Positions 9,636-20,746 of a stretch of DNA of 64,000 nt are shown here, one piece after another. The translations under genes and the position numbers were made by a program. The DNA comes from Acidobacteriota bacterium. Its GTDB lineage: Bacteria; Acidobacteriota; Vicinamibacteria; Vicinamibacterales; UBA2999. How positions within the stretch are numbered: the stretch's first letter is position 1; each line of letters starts with the position of its first letter. Where the stretch lies: NCBI GenBank assembly GCA_016210845.1, contig JACQTK010000142.1, forward strand, positions 11,479 through 75,478, read 5' to 3'. The notes below the pieces were generated by a model, which was not told the DNA's origin, searched no databases, and worked only from the letters and a program-made list of their open reading frames with translations.

Positions 9636-10378
9636 TCAGAACCCGGGCTTGAGCGTACCCTTCTCGCGCGCGACCTCCAGCAGGGTCGGATAGAACTGCA
9701 CGAACGTGCGCTCCACGGCGGTGTGCTTCGTGTGGCAGTCGACGCACCTGGCCACGGCCTCACCCGACAACGGCCCCGCTGCGTCTCGGAGCGCCGCCGC
9801 CTGCCCGAAGTTGAAGAACGCCCAGCCCTCGGGGAAGCGCGCGTCCTTCACCTCTGCTTCGATGCCAACCAGCCAAGGGGCTCCGCCCCTTGATATCCCC
9901 CGGAGCCCCTTGGCTGGTTGCCAGCGTTTCTGGCCGCGCTCCGCGCGGCTAGGACCGCTATGCGGTCGGGACAACGAGTACAGAATTCGCGTTACGGGCC
10001 GCATAGCGGTCCAACCAGCTCACCTTGAAAGCGTCCAGTGGTGTTGGGAGGCGTGCCGGTCTGCGAGCGGCGGAACTCGAGCACGAGCACCGTCCCGTCC
10101 GGCCATCGGCCGGTCTGCATGAAGGCGCAGTAGGCCGAGGGATTCACGAAGGTGTTGGTGAAGGCGGGCGGCCCTGCCGGTGTGCCGCCCTCGCCCTCGT
10201 ACGTCAGTCCCAGGCCTGAGCCGAGGAACGGCCACTCGCGGTAGTCGAGCGGCCGCACCAGGTCCGTCCCGTTCATGTACCGCGGCCCGTCGGCGGGTGC
10301 CGACTGCCCGGCAACCGCCACCGCGAAGACCCCGCCGAACAGCAGACCGAGAACACCTGCGGCCGTCGTCATCGTCAC
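9636..10378 (-). pseudogene. cytochrome P460 family protein, split by a 146-bp element insertion
   Basis: The N-terminal fragment is ORF 9992..10378 (signal peptide, DYREWPFLGSG, FTNTFVNPSAY). The C-terminal fragment is in ORF 9636..10004 (VKDARFPEGWAFFNF, CVDCH heme motif). Deleting 9873-10018 joins ...GRFQGE to LVGIEAEVKD... in frame. Confidence 0.8.
9867..10012 (+). mobile_element. dual-hairpin element, copy A (non-autonomous, MITE/REP-like), inserted in the P460 gene
   Basis: AACCAGCCAAGGGGCTCCG...CGGAGCCCCTTGGCTGGTT, then a core, then GGACCGCTATGCGG...CCGCATAGCGGTCC. CCAACCAG occurs at both junctions (9865-9872 and 10011-10018). No ORF of its own. Confidence 0.75.
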
Positions 10379-10457
10379 GTCACACCCCCCGGGTCGACCC
10401 GCGCAATCTTAGCTCAACCGGCGCGCCCGCCATCCGGCGACGCCCCACGTCAGTTCG

Positions 10458-10895
10458 TCACGAGCGCTCGGTCAAAGGATTCGTCCATGACAGTCCGGGG
10501 AATCGCGAGAAGTCGCGATCGGTCGTGTACAGCGTGGCACCGTGCTCGATGGCGAGCGCCGCCAGCGCGGCATCCGTCACGAGCGGCCCCGTGCACTGGG
10601 CCTCCTGCACCAGGCGCCGCAGGATGTCCCAATGGCGCTCACCAGGATCGAGCAGATCGACGGTGGGGCGCTCGAGCCACGAAGACACGGCAGCCGTCGC
10701 CTCGGCGATCGACAACGGCTGCTCGAAGACCTTCGGGCTCGTGGAGATTCTCAAGAACGCCCACACGGTGGGCCACGTCAACCGGACGAGCTCGGACCCT
10801 GACAGGGCGGCTTCGAGCCAGTTCTTGCTCCCCTCATGCTGTGGAGCCCTCGGATGATAGGCGTACAGAAGCAGGTTGGCGTCCGGCAGAATCAT
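10458..10895 (-). CDS. vapC: PIN-domain toxin, VapC family
   Basis: MILPDANLLLYA... and ...LYTTDRDF acidic PIN residues. There is a 4-nt overlap with the upstream antitoxin. Confidence 0.8.
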   Translation of the reverse strand: MILPDANLLLYAYHPRAPQHEGSKNWLEAALSGSELVRLTWPTVWAFLRISTSPKVFEQPLSIAEATAAVSSWLERPTVDLLDPGERHWDILRRLVQEAQCTGPLVTDAALAALAIEHGATLYTTDRDFSRFPGLSWTNPLTERS

Positions 10896-11146
10896 CGGTG
10901 AGCCGGACCCTCGACACGCTCGAGCAGGTCGGCAATGTTGTCGAGGTCGAGGCCGGGCTTCAGGTTACCCAGATCGCGCGCGGCAACCCTGAAGGGGCCG
11001 GTCGACCGCGACGGCTGCCGGTTCATGAGACCGCGCCGAATGGCCTCGTTCACCACCTCGCGGAACGACTGACCGGATCGCCGCGCTTCGGCCCGCAACT
11101 TGGCAGCGACGTCGTCGTCCAGGGTGAGGGTGGTGCGCATGCCCAT
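10892..11146 (-). CDS. vapB: ribbon-helix-helix antitoxin, VapB/CopG-like
   Basis: 84 aa, MRTTLTLDDDVAAKLRAEARRSGQSFREVVNEAIRRGL, typical of an RHH N-terminus. It overlaps vapC. Confidence 0.7.
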   Translation of the reverse strand: MGMRTTLTLDDDVAAKLRAEARRSGQSFREVVNEAIRRGLMNRQPSRSTGPFRVAARDLGNLKPGLDLDNIADLLERVEGPAHR

Positions 11147-11229
11147 GATGCTAGGACTGAGACATCATGATGTCAAGCAAGGCTCATCTAGGATGCGGAC
11201 GCGGCGTCGGCGCAGGGTGATTTAATCGA

Positions 11230-13893
11230 TCAGTCCGCAGGGGCGAGGCGCCGCAGCTGATCGACCCAGTTCTGGATGACGAGGGCTTCGGCGCGTCCCC
11301 CGCTCTGCGCCCCGAGGACCTCGATGGCCAGGAAGCGCTGGCCATCTGCGGTCACATCGTAGTTGCGGCCGGGACGAGCCGGATAATCGAAAAGTGCGTA
11401 CTGAGAGCCCTCGAACAGCGCTTCGGGTCTGCCCGCGCTGAACGTCCCTGCGGTCTGTACGGGCACCGCCATCATCTGCCCGTCCAGGCTCCAGAAGAAC
11501 AGCTCCCGCCCGCTGCGCGCCCAGCCCGCCCGCGTCCCGCCGGCGTTCGAGACCTGCCATCGTCCCCGCTCGACCTCAGGGAACGGGCGCACGTAGATCT
11601 CGAACTGGCCCGACTCATTCGACTCGTAGGCCAGCCATCGGCCGTCGGGTGACACTTCGGCATTGCGCTCGATAAATGGGGCCGCCAGGAGCGGCCGCAC
11701 CGCACGCTGACCGCCCAGCGTCAGCAGGTGCAGGTCGTTTTGCTGGCGAAACACCACGTGCCGGCCGTCCGGCGAGATGGTTTCAGGCAACTGGCCGACC
11801 TCCGCCTCCGTGAGACGCGCGTCGCTGCCGGTGCCATCCGCGGCCTTCCAGAAGATGCTGGCGACGCCCATCTCCTGTGAGCTGAATACGATCCGCCGCC
11901 CATCCGGGCTCCACAGCGGATAGCGGTCGAGTCCGCCATCGGAGGTGAGACGCGTGAACGTGTCCCGCGCGACGTTCCAGATCCAGACGTCGCGGTTCTC
12001 ACCCTGGATGTCGAGCGCCACTTGTGAGCCGTCGGGCGAGATACGGGGGTAGGTGTACGTCCGAGGCGGAGCTCCGATCGGATTCGCGCGTCCCTGCCGA
12101 TCCAGCCAGACGAGCTGCCTGTCAACGGCACGGTTACCGGTGTCTGGAAGGTAGACCAATGTGCCATCACCGGCCAACGCCAACTGGGCAGCGCCGGTGT
12201 CTTCCGGCACGTTCAGGCCTTCGAGCACGGGTGTCGCCGGACCGGTAAGCTCGAGCCGGTCAAGGTCGAATGGTGCTGCCCACAATGAGGCCTCACGTGC
12301 GAAGACGATGTGGCCACTCGACACGTAGTACGGCACCGTCCCGCCGACGAGCGTGCGGCGCTCGCCCGTGTCCAGCGTGACGACGGCCACCCGCGCAGTG
12401 TCGAGTGAGCCACTCCAGATCGTGAAGAGCGCGGCACGACCCCCTGGCAGAAGATGGGGCCGGCGATGGCTGACTTCACCTTCCGCCAGCGTCGTGACGC
12501 GTTCGGGCTCGCCGCCGTCTTCCGAAACTCGCCAGAGTCCGTCCGTCTGAAGCCCATAGAGGATCCTGCCGTCTGTTCCCCAACTGGCACCGATGATGAC
12601 GGCGCTGGATATCACGATGGGCGGGCCTCCCTGGAGCGATACCTTCCTCAAGTTCCCGTCGTTGAAGAATCCCAGCCACCGGCCGTCAGGCGAAAAGAAG
12701 GGAGTACGGGGGCTCCCTTCGGTGCCCGGAATCGATCGGATCTCCACGTCTCCCATGTCGCGGCGGTACAGCCGGTCCGGCCCCGCATAGACGAAGGTAC
12801 GCCCATCCGGCGAAATCGCAATGAGCGGAGGATTCCCCGCGAGGCGCAGGAGCCCGGACGGCAGGCTGAGCGCAAACGTCGTGGCCGGTCGGACGACGGG
12901 ACCAACCGGCGCGAGGAAGACTAGGCCAACGGCGAGTCCACCAACCATGAGACCCGCGGCTGCACCCAGAACGGCCTGGCGCCACCTGGTCCAGCGCCCG
13001 ACGGCAACCGGTGCAGGCTGCGCTCGAACCGCCGTATCGAACGCACCCTCGAGCGCCAGGCGCACGTCGTGAATGTCGCTGACGCGCTCCTTCGGGTTCT
13101 TGCGCAGCGACCGCCGCAGGAACACCTCGACGCTCGGCGAGAGTGCCGCTGGCAGCGCGCTCCAGTCGGGCTCCAGCTTCACCACGGCCGCCAGCGTCTC
13201 GGTGACATCCTCGCCCTCGAACGCGCGCCGCCCCGTGAGCATCTCGTACAGCACACAGCCGAAGGCCCAGATGTCCGCCCGCTTGTCCGTGGGCTTCCCT
13301 TTCGCCTGCTCCGGGCTCATGTACGCCGCCGTCCCCAGGATGACGCCTGCCAGCGTCATCGCCGGCGTCGTGATCGTCGGCGCCTGCGACAGCACGGCGC
13401 TGGCGGCGGGCGGATCCATCGCCTTGGCCAGCACGAAGTCGAGCACTTTCACGGTGCCGTCCTCGCGCACCTTGACGTTGGCGGGCTTCAGGTCGCGGTG
13501 GACGATGCCCTGTTCATGCGCACTTTCGAGCGCCTCGGCAATCTGCCTCGCGATGGGCAGGGCTTCGTCGAGCGGAAGCGCCCCCAGCCTGATGCGGTCG
13601 GCGAGCGTGGGCCCCTCGACCAGCTCCAGGACGAGCGCCTGCAGGCCGTCGGCCTCCTCGAAGCCGTAGATGGCGGCGATGTTCGGGTGGTTCAGCGCGG
13701 CCAGCACCTGGGCCTCGCGCTTGAAGCGGGCGACGCGGTCGGCGTCGAGCGCAAACGCCTCGGGGAGGATCTTGAGGGCGACGTCGCGATTGAGCTTCGC
13801 GTCGCGCGCACGATAGACCACGCCCATGCCGCCGGCGCCGATCTCGGCGACGATTTCGTACGGCCCGACGCGCGTGCCGGCCGACAGCATCAT
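11230..13893 (-). CDS. serine/threonine protein kinase fused to a TolB-like (PD40/WD40-like) beta-propeller
   Basis: GAGGMGVVYRA...VALK, HRDLKPANV and AYMSPEQ, then a TM segment and repeated SPDG(R/S) propeller blades. The DFG motif reads DFV. Confidence 0.9.
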   Translation of the reverse strand: MMLSAGTRVGPYEIVAEIGAGGMGVVYRARDAKLNRDVALKILPEAFALDADRVARFKREAQVLAALNHPNIAAIYGFEEADGLQALVLELVEGPTLADRIRLGALPLDEALPIARQIAEALESAHEQGIVHRDLKPANVKVREDGTVKVLDFVLAKAMDPPAASAVLSQAPTITTPAMTLAGVILGTAAYMSPEQAKGKPTDKRADIWAFGCVLYEMLTGRRAFEGEDVTETLAAVVKLEPDWSALPAALSPSVEVFLRRSLRKNPKERVSDIHDVRLALEGAFDTAVRAQPAPVAVGRWTRWRQAVLGAAAGLMVGGLAVGLVFLAPVGPVVRPATTFALSLPSGLLRLAGNPPLIAISPDGRTFVYAGPDRLYRRDMGDVEIRSIPGTEGSPRTPFFSPDGRWLGFFNDGNLRKVSLQGGPPIVISSAVIIGASWGTDGRILYGLQTDGLWRVSEDGGEPERVTTLAEGEVSHRRPHLLPGGRAALFTIWSGSLDTARVAVVTLDTGERRTLVGGTVPYYVSSGHIVFAREASLWAAPFDLDRLELTGPATPVLEGLNVPEDTGAAQLALAGDGTLVYLPDTGNRAVDRQLVWLDRQGRANPIGAPPRTYTYPRISPDGSQVALDIQGENRDVWIWNVARDTFTRLTSDGGLDRYPLWSPDGRRIVFSSQEMGVASIFWKAADGTGSDARLTEAEVGQLPETISPDGRHVVFRQQNDLHLLTLGGQRAVRPLLAAPFIERNAEVSPDGRWLAYESNESGQFEIYVRPFPEVERGRWQVSNAGGTRAGWARSGRELFFWSLDGQMMAVPVQTAGTFSAGRPEALFEGSQYALFDYPARPGRNYDVTADGQRFLAIEVLGAQSGGRAEALVIQNWVDQLRRLAPAD

Positions 13894-13948
13894 GGGCGTG
13901 CCGCGCGCATTGTAATGTGGGTCGCCCAGAGGGGGCTACAATGGCTCC

Positions 13949-14365
13949 ATGCGGCGGCTGTTTCGGGCCGATGCGGCGCGACGGGAAGCGATCGCCGAAG
14001 CGCTCGCCACGCGGCTCGCCGGCGAGCCCGCCGTGCGGTTCGCCTACCTGCACGGCTCCCTGCTCGAAGGCCTCGGCTTCCACGACATCGATGTCGCGGT
14101 GTCCCTTTCACCCGACGCGCGCGGCCGCGAGACCGAGATCGCCCTGGAGCTCGGCTCGCACCTCTCCCGCCTCGTGGGCGCGCCCGTCGACGTGCGTGTG
14201 TTGGAGCAGGCGCCCGTCACGTTCCGGGTCCATGCGCTCCACGGGCGGCTCCTCGCCTGGCGGGATGAAGAGGCCCTGACCATCATGCTCGAAGACACGA
14301 TGCGCCGCTACTTCGATCTGGCACCCGTGCTTCGCCGCGCGACGGCAGACGCTTTTGGCAGATGA
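13949..14365 (+). CDS. mntA: nucleotidyltransferase-domain antitoxin (MntA-like)
   Basis: YLHGSLLEGLGFHDIDVAV (minimal NTase GS...DxD motif). It overlaps the downstream HEPN gene by 4 nt. Confidence 0.7.
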   Translation: MRRLFRADAARREAIAEALATRLAGEPAVRFAYLHGSLLEGLGFHDIDVAVSLSPDARGRETEIALELGSHLSRLVGAPVDVRVLEQAPVTFRVHALHGRLLAWRDEEALTIMLEDTMRRYFDLAPVLRRATADAFGR

Positions 14366-14778
14366 CGCTCAACGCCGACCTCGTCCGGCAGAGATGCGGC
14401 GAAATCGCGGAGTCGCTGGCGAGGTTGGAAGTCCTCCGGCAGATGCCGAAAGCCGACTTCCTCGCCAGTCAGGATGCCAAGGATATCGCCTGTTACCGGC
14501 TTCTGCTGGCGATCGAGGCCGCCCTCGCCCTTTGTTATCACTGGTCCGCGAAGCACCTCCGCACCACGCCAGAGGATTACGCGGCGTGTTTCGGCGCCCT
14601 GGCCGACGCAGGGCTGATCACGCGTGCGCTGGCCGATCGGCTCCAGCGGATGGCCCGCTTCCGCAACCTGCTGATCCACATGTACTGGAAGGTCGACTAC
14701 GAGCGGGTATATCAGATCCTGCGCGACGACCTCGATGACCTGCGCGCCTTCTCCGCGGCGGTTGCCGCGCAGCTCTGA
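14362..14778 (+). CDS. hepT: HEPN/DUF86 toxin (HepT-like)
   Basis: RMARFRNLLIHMY contains the Rx4HxY HEPN RNase motif. Confidence 0.7.
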   Translation: MTLNADLVRQRCGEIAESLARLEVLRQMPKADFLASQDAKDIACYRLLLAIEAALALCYHWSAKHLRTTPEDYAACFGALADAGLITRALADRLQRMARFRNLLIHMYWKVDYERVYQILRDDLDDLRAFSAAVAAQL

Positions 14779-14815
14779 CGCTACGTGGAAGGTCCGCCTC
14801 GACGAATGACGGATT

Positions 14816-16870
14816 TCAGGACCCCACGCGGAACGCGACCAGCTCCCTGGCTTCGCCCGTCGCGCCGCTGACGGTGATCTCCACGAGATACTCGCCCGCC
14901 GCGATCGCGCTGAGCCCCAGGTCGATCTGGTGCGTAGCGCCGGCCGCCGCGGCGGCCACGGGGACGTCCGCCATCTTCTGCCCGCTGCGATTGAGCAGCG
15001 CCGCCGTCGGCGCGGCGCTGCCGTAGACGTCGAACCGGATCAGCAGCCGTTCGGTGCGCGAGAACTCCCGTCCCGCGACGGGGACGGCGGCGGGATCGGC
15101 GGCCACGGTCTGCAGCTCACGCGCCGTCCGCACCCGGTGGACGCGCGGCGTGCTCAAGGCGGCGTCGGGCGAGGTGAGGTCCGGGACGGCAACCGTGCGA
15201 ATCTCCTGATCGAGCACGCCTCCGCCGCCGACGGCTTCCACCGAGAGCCGCAGCTCGAGCTCGCCCGGTGGCGCGTCGAACACCAGCCGCTGCGCGCCCG
15301 CTGCCGGGGGCGCGGGCGGCGTCGCAGGAGCACCTGCCGACGCCAGCGCCGCGTCGGGCGAGCGGCCCCGAAACACCAAATCCCCCCGCGCGTCGGCCGC
15401 AATCACCGAGAGCCGACCAGGAGCCTCGCGCCGGACGCCTGGCGGCTGCGGCAACGGCTCCCACACGAGCGTCACGCGCGTCCGGCCGCCCTCACCGCGC
15501 GCCGTGCCCACCCACGTCCGCACGTACCGTCCGGCCTGCACGGGCGTCGCGATGGACGCCAGCGCCTGCAGGATCGGCTTTGGCGTCTCCGGCGTCACGG
15601 CGGTGGCCCTGGCCGCTTCTTCCACGCCGAGTGCCCAGAAACCCCTGCGCGCCCGCACGTCGACGCCGCGCCGCCTGACGTTCACCTTGATCTCGTGGAA
15701 CTTGCCGTCGCTCGGCGCCTGCGAAGAGTTGTAGCCGAGCAGATAGTAGAAGCTCGAGTCGCGCACGATCTGGGCGAGGCCCGGCGCCAGGTCGTTGCGA
15801 TTGACGATGGCGCGGCCGTCGGTTTCCTCGGCGAGGACGCGCAGCGTGTCCTGCGACGCCTGGAGCGCACGCCGATCCTGGTTCGGCCCGACGGTCTCGT
15901 CGATGCCGAACTCGCCAGTGGCCAGGCCGCGCGGATCCACCGAGTAGATGGCCGTGTTGTTGCGGTTGGCGGCCGTGAAGACCTCGCGCATCTGAAGCAG
16001 CAGGTCCGACTGGGCGAAGAAGCTCGCCGTTTCCTCGCGCGGATTGTTCTCGCCCGCCTGCGGATTCCGGGCGTTCGGATTGGTGAGAATCGGAGGCAGC
16101 AGCGCATCGCTGCTCCGGAGCTGCGGCGGCAGCAGCGCGGTGAGCCCTTCGCTCACGTAGATGATGGCCTTGCGCCCCTCCCGGAGACCGCCCAGCCGCG
16201 TCGCCAGGCCGCGCAGCGCCGCCATGACCACCTGGTTGCGGACGCGCTCGACGACCTCCGTCGGCTGCCGCACGTATTGCTCCTCGAACGTGTTGCGGGG
16301 CCGGTAGTCGAACTTGCGTCCCTCGAACCGCTGGAGCGCACCCGCCACCGACGCGTGGTTCCGCGTGAACCCGAGCGCGTCGAGCGGCGTGAGCGGATAC
16401 ATGATGCCCACGATGTCGTTGGGCCGCAGCTGCTCCTGCACGAACCGGACGAGCGCGTCCCGGACCTGGATCGAGTTGCCGAGCCGCACGTGGTAGTCGT
16501 CGAGGAAGAACACGAACACGCGGGCGTCGTCTCGGGACAGCTCGATTTCCTCGTCGTCTCGCGTGCGGATCTCGCGCGGCGGCGGATCGCCCGGCCGCGG
16601 GTTGCCGTCGACGCGGATCAGCCTGAACTGCTCGATGGTCTGCCGCTCGCCATCCTCGAACACCTCGAAGTCGTCTTGGGTCAGGTCCGCGACGGGCTGG
16701 GACCTGTCGTCGGTGACGATGACGTCGACGCGGACGAAGTTGATGCCCGTGCGGAAGGTGGGCTGCTGAGGCGGGTCCTGGGGCTGCTGCGCAGCGTCCG
16801 GACGCGCGGCCCCGGCCTGGCACAGGACCAGCGTCAGCGCGGCGAGCAGCGCGGCCGGCGGTCGGCGCAT
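14816..16870 (-). CDS. secreted VWA-domain protein (VWFA-related Acidobacterial-type N-terminus)
   Basis: Signal peptide, then QQPTFRTGINFVRVDVIVTDDRSQPVADLTQDDFEVFEDGERQTIEQF, followed by a VWA-like fold region. Confidence 0.75.
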   Translation of the reverse strand: MRRPPAALLAALTLVLCQAGAARPDAAQQPQDPPQQPTFRTGINFVRVDVIVTDDRSQPVADLTQDDFEVFEDGERQTIEQFRLIRVDGNPRPGDPPPREIRTRDDEEIELSRDDARVFVFFLDDYHVRLGNSIQVRDALVRFVQEQLRPNDIVGIMYPLTPLDALGFTRNHASVAGALQRFEGRKFDYRPRNTFEEQYVRQPTEVVERVRNQVVMAALRGLATRLGGLREGRKAIIYVSEGLTALLPPQLRSSDALLPPILTNPNARNPQAGENNPREETASFFAQSDLLLQMREVFTAANRNNTAIYSVDPRGLATGEFGIDETVGPNQDRRALQASQDTLRVLAEETDGRAIVNRNDLAPGLAQIVRDSSFYYLLGYNSSQAPSDGKFHEIKVNVRRRGVDVRARRGFWALGVEEAARATAVTPETPKPILQALASIATPVQAGRYVRTWVGTARGEGGRTRVTLVWEPLPQPPGVRREAPGRLSVIAADARGDLVFRGRSPDAALASAGAPATPPAPPAAGAQRLVFDAPPGELELRLSVEAVGGGGVLDQEIRTVAVPDLTSPDAALSTPRVHRVRTARELQTVAADPAAVPVAGREFSRTERLLIRFDVYGSAAPTAALLNRSGQKMADVPVAAAAAGATHQIDLGLSAIAAGEYLVEITVSGATGEARELVAFRVGS

Positions 16871-16896
16871 GCCCGGATGATAGCATTACGGTCGGC

Positions 16897-18057
16897 GTGC
16901 CGCAGATCGACTCGGTTCGGGCGTTGACGCAGCTCAGCGAGGACGAAGCGCTGTTCCGCGACAGCGTGTACGAGTTCGCCGACCGCGAGATCCGGCCGGT
17001 CGTCCGTGAGATGGACGAGCGGGCCAAGATCCCACGCGCGCTCATCGACCGGCTCTTCGGCCTCGGCGTCATGGCCATCGAGATTCCCGAGGCACACGGC
17101 GGCGCGGGCGCGTCCTTCTTCCATGCGGTGCTCGCGGTCGAGGCGCTCTCGCGCGTCGACCCATCGGTGGCGGTGCTGGTCGACGTGCAGAACACGCTCG
17201 TCATCAACGCCCTGGTGCGCTGGGGCCATGAGGATCTGCAGCGCCGCTGCCTCGGCCGCCTCGCCGCGGGCGCCGTGGGCGCCTACGCGCTCTCCGAGGC
17301 GGGATCGGGGAGCGACGCGTTCGCGCTCGCGACGCGCGCCGCCGCGCGCGGCGACGAGTTCGTCCTCACGGGCCGCAAGCTCTGGATCACCAACGCCAAC
17401 GAAGCCGACCTCTTCATCGTCTTTGCCACGGTCGATCCCGGCGCGGGCTACCGCGGCATCACGGCCTTCATCGTCGAGCGCGGGACCGCGGGGTTCACGG
17501 TGGGCAAAAAGGAGGACAAGCTCGGCATCCGCGCCAGCAGCACGTGCGAGCTGCTGCTGGAGGACTGCCCCGTGCCCCGCGCCAGCGTGCTGGGCGAGAT
17601 CGGCAAGGGCTACAAGGTGGCGATCGAGACGCTCAACGAGGGGCGCATCGGCATTGGGGCGCAGATGGTGGGCCTGGCCCAGGGGGCGCTCGACCATGCG
17701 ACACAGTACACCAGGGAGCGCAAGCAGTTCGGCAAGGCCGTGGCCGAGTTCCAGGCGGTCCAGTTCCAGCTCGCGCGGGCGGCCACCGAGCTCGAGGCGG
17801 CGCGGCTGATGGTGTACAACGCCGCACGGCTGCGCGACGCGGGCGAGCCGTTCGTCAAGGAGGCGGCCATGGCCAAGATCTTCTCGTCGGAGGTGGCCGA
17901 GCGCGTCACGTCGCTTGCGGTCAACCTCTACGGCGGGTACGGGTTCGTGAAGGACTACCCGGTCGAGAAGCTCTATCGCGACGCCAAGATCGGCCAGATC
18001 TACGAGGGCACGTCGAACCTGCAGCTCCAGACGATCGCGAAACAGATCCTCGGCTGA
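16897..18057 (+). CDS. acyl-CoA dehydrogenase (short/branched-chain type)
   Basis: 386 aa with [25 protein letters not shown] and a C-terminal [18 protein letters not shown]. Confidence 0.9.
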   Translation: MPQIDSVRALTQLSEDEALFRDSVYEFADREIRPVVREMDERAKIPRALIDRLFGLGVMAIEIPEAHGGAGASFFHAVLAVEALSRVDPSVAVLVDVQNTLVINALVRWGHEDLQRRCLGRLAAGAVGAYALSEAGSGSDAFALATRAAARGDEFVLTGRKLWITNANEADLFIVFATVDPGAGYRGITAFIVERGTAGFTVGKKEDKLGIRASSTCELLLEDCPVPRASVLGEIGKGYKVAIETLNEGRIGIGAQMVGLAQGALDHATQYTRERKQFGKAVAEFQAVQFQLARAATELEAARLMVYNAARLRDAGEPFVKEAAMAKIFSSEVAERVTSLAVNLYGGYGFVKDYPVEKLYRDAKIGQIYEGTSNLQLQTIAKQILG

Positions 18058-18111
18058 CGGCTATGTCGGACACGCTGCGGCTCAGGGTGGTCGGCGTGCC
18101 CTGGGGCGGCT

Positions 18112-18230
<119 letters not shown>

Positions 18231-18234
18231 TTCT

Positions 18235-19488
18235 TCAGTTCAGCGTCCACAACGCCAGCGACGAGACGTCCTTGACGAAGACCCGGTTGCCGGAGATGAC
18301 CGGCTGGGTCCAGGTCTCCGTATCCGCCAGCTTGTAGCGCCGGACCGGCGACGAGGCGGTTCGCGTCACGCGCGAGATGACCAGCTCGCCGTCCTCCTCC
18401 AGGCTGAAGACCAGATCGCCCGCGGTCTGCATGGCCGCCTGCGCCGCCTGGCGCGGGTCGGAGGTCCACAGTGTCTTCCCCGTCGTCGGGTCGAGCGCGA
18501 AGTATTGCCCCATATTGCGCGAGGTGAGCCCCACGAGCATGTCACCCACAATCACGCCGTTGCTCATCCGGCCTGGCAGGTCGGGGTTCTCCCACGCGGT
18601 CTCCACCACCCACCGAGTGTTCTGGCGCACCGGTCGCACGGCGGTCATCGGCCCGCTGTGTCCCCACGCGATGATCGTCTGGCCGTACAGCACCGGGGTG
18701 ATGGAGTTCGTGAAGTTGGAGCTCACGAACGGCCGCTCCCAGAGCGGCGCGCCGGTGGACACGTCGATGCCCACCAGCTTCCCCTGCGTAATCGCGACCA
18801 GCTGCCGCGTGCCGCCGATCGTGGCGACGATCGGCGATCCATATCCAGGGCCGTCACCGGTCCAGCTCCACCTGGCGTCACCGGTGTTCACGTCGAACGC
18901 GGTGAGCGCGCCCATGTCGTGGCCGCCCACGTGGAAGACCACCAGGTTGCCCTCCACGACCGGCGAGAAGGCGTGGCTCGTGTACATCGGCACGTTGGCC
19001 GAGCCTGGCCTCTGCCACACCTGCTTGCCGCTGGCGGCGTCGAAGGCCGTGACGATCCCCGTCATGCCGATGCTGTACAGCCGGCCGTTGGCGAACACGG
19101 GCGTCGACTTCGGCCCCGGGCCGTGGCGGGCTGCCGCCGAGTTCATCGTGAACGGGGCGGGGTATCCCGTCCGCCACAGCACCTTGCCGCTGGCGGCGTC
19201 GAGCGCGCGCATCGTCTCGTTCTCGCCGAGCCGCGAGAACAGATAGACGCGATCGCCCACGACGAGCGGCGTGGCGTAGCCCAGGCCCGCGTCGATCGTC
19301 CAGCGCTGCGTGAGCCGCTCCGGCCACGACGCGGGAGCCGTGAAGCCCGCGATCGCGCCGTCGCGGTTCGGCCCGCGCCACTGCGTCCAGTCGTTCGCCG
19401 GCCGCTGCGCCCCGCTCGGCCCGGTCGCGCCGACCGCCAGAACCACCACGGCACCTGCCACACGTCCCACAGAATGCATGAATGCCAT
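18235..19488 (-). CDS. secreted PQQ-like (BamB-type) beta-propeller repeat protein
   Basis: Signal peptide, then [11 protein letters not shown] and repeated propeller blades. Confidence 0.8.
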   Translation of the reverse strand: MAFMHSVGRVAGAVVVLAVGATGPSGAQRPANDWTQWRGPNRDGAIAGFTAPASWPERLTQRWTIDAGLGYATPLVVGDRVYLFSRLGENETMRALDAASGKVLWRTGYPAPFTMNSAAARHGPGPKSTPVFANGRLYSIGMTGIVTAFDAASGKQVWQRPGSANVPMYTSHAFSPVVEGNLVVFHVGGHDMGALTAFDVNTGDARWSWTGDGPGYGSPIVATIGGTRQLVAITQGKLVGIDVSTGAPLWERPFVSSNFTNSITPVLYGQTIIAWGHSGPMTAVRPVRQNTRWVVETAWENPDLPGRMSNGVIVGDMLVGLTSRNMGQYFALDPTTGKTLWTSDPRQAAQAAMQTAGDLVFSLEEDGELVISRVTRTASSPVRRYKLADTETWTQPVISGNRVFVKDVSSLALWTLN

Positions 19489-19491
19489 GTC

Positions 19492-20739
19492 CTACCTCGC
19501 TCGAATAGTGAAGGCCGCCAGAGTCCCCTGGTTGCGGATGTACAGCCGTCCGCCGCTGATCACCGGGTGCGCCCAGCTCGGCCACCCCTGATCGCGGATC
19601 CTGAACCGTCCCTTCTCCCGATAACCCTCAGGCGTCGCCTCGACGAGCCCGACGACGTTGTTCTCGCTCAGCACGTAGAGGTGCCCGTCGGCGTAGCTGA
19701 GCGATCCCTTCCCCACGCTGCGGTGCCGCCACATCACCTTGCCGGTCTCGAACTCCATGGCGACGAGGATGGCGTTGTTGAAGCCGTAGAGGTAGCCGTT
19801 GACCAGCACGATCCCGCCATGGTGGTTCTGCATGTCGCGCGTGAAGTAGACCTGCTGCGCCCGCACCTCGCCGCCCTCGGCTCGCAGCGCGAGCAGCACC
19901 CCGCCGGTGCCGTAGTTCGAGCTGTAGAACACCTTGTTGTCGTGGAAGATCGGCGTCGTGATGTTCGCCGTATCGTTCGCGGGCGAGCGCTCGCGCCACA
20001 TCAGCGTGCCGTCGGAGGCGCGCACGCCGACGCCCGCTTCGGATGTGAGCGTCATGATCGTGCGGACGCCCTGCACGTCGGCCACGATGGGCGACGCGTA
20101 GCCGGCCTCGTCGCTCAGTTCCTTGCTCGTCCACACGGTGCGGCCGGTCATCTTGTCGAGCGCCACCATGCCAGCCCCGCGGCCGCCGGGCGTCACGACC
20201 ACGAGGTTGCCGTCGACCAGTGGCGACTCGCTGATCTCCCACGGGATGTTGCGGCCGCCGAAGGCTTGCAGGACGTTCCGCTGCCACACGGACGTGCCGT
20301 CGGCCACGCGCAGGCAGGCCAGTTCGCCGTTCTCGCTCAGCACGTAGACGCGGTCGCCGTCCACGGTGGGCGTGCCCCGCGGCCCGGGCCCCTGACCGCC
20401 GCCGTTGCCCGACGGCCCCAGCGCCTTCGACCAGAGTGGGCGGCCGTCGGCGCGGTTGAGCACCGAGACGATGCTCTGGCCGCTGCGCATGCCCTGCACG
20501 AACACACGGTCGCCGCTCACGGCCACCGAGCCGTAGCCGCCGCCCAGGTTCGATACGGACCAGACGAGCGGCGGCCCCGACGGCGGCCACTGCGACAGCA
20601 GACCCGTTTCCCTCGACAGCCCCGAACGATCCGGCCCGCGCCACTGGGGCCACTCGCCGCTCGGCAGCGTCTGGCCGCCGAGGACGGCCACCGCACCAAG
20701 CGCCACGCCGAGGACCCGCAACGCCCGCAGCTTCAGCAT
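19492..20739 (-). CDS. secreted PQQ-like beta-propeller repeat protein
   Basis: [22 protein letters not shown] signal peptide, then [12 protein letters not shown] prefer the internal ATG at 20739, which avoids overlap with the PiT gene. Confidence 0.8.
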   Translation of the reverse strand: MLKLRALRVLGVALGAVAVLGGQTLPSGEWPQWRGPDRSGLSRETGLLSQWPPSGPPLVWSVSNLGGGYGSVAVSGDRVFVQGMRSGQSIVSVLNRADGRPLWSKALGPSGNGGGQGPGPRGTPTVDGDRVYVLSENGELACLRVADGTSVWQRNVLQAFGGRNIPWEISESPLVDGNLVVVTPGGRGAGMVALDKMTGRTVWTSKELSDEAGYASPIVADVQGVRTIMTLTSEAGVGVRASDGTLMWRERSPANDTANITTPIFHDNKVFYSSNYGTGGVLLALRAEGGEVRAQQVYFTRDMQNHHGGIVLVNGYLYGFNNAILVAMEFETGKVMWRHRSVGKGSLSYADGHLYVLSENNVVGLVEATPEGYREKGRFRIRDQGWPSWAHPVISGGRLYIRNQGTLAAFTIRAR

Positions 20740-20746
20740 GCCTTCC

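Noticed and set aside
9528-9893. ORF 9528..9893, and ORF 8549..9652 with a repeated VGA/VGAN peptide tail.
   Set aside because: They are read-through of the TCGGTGCGA periodic repeat and of the dual-hairpin element. They have no start context, and 8549..9652 is off-frame to gdhA.
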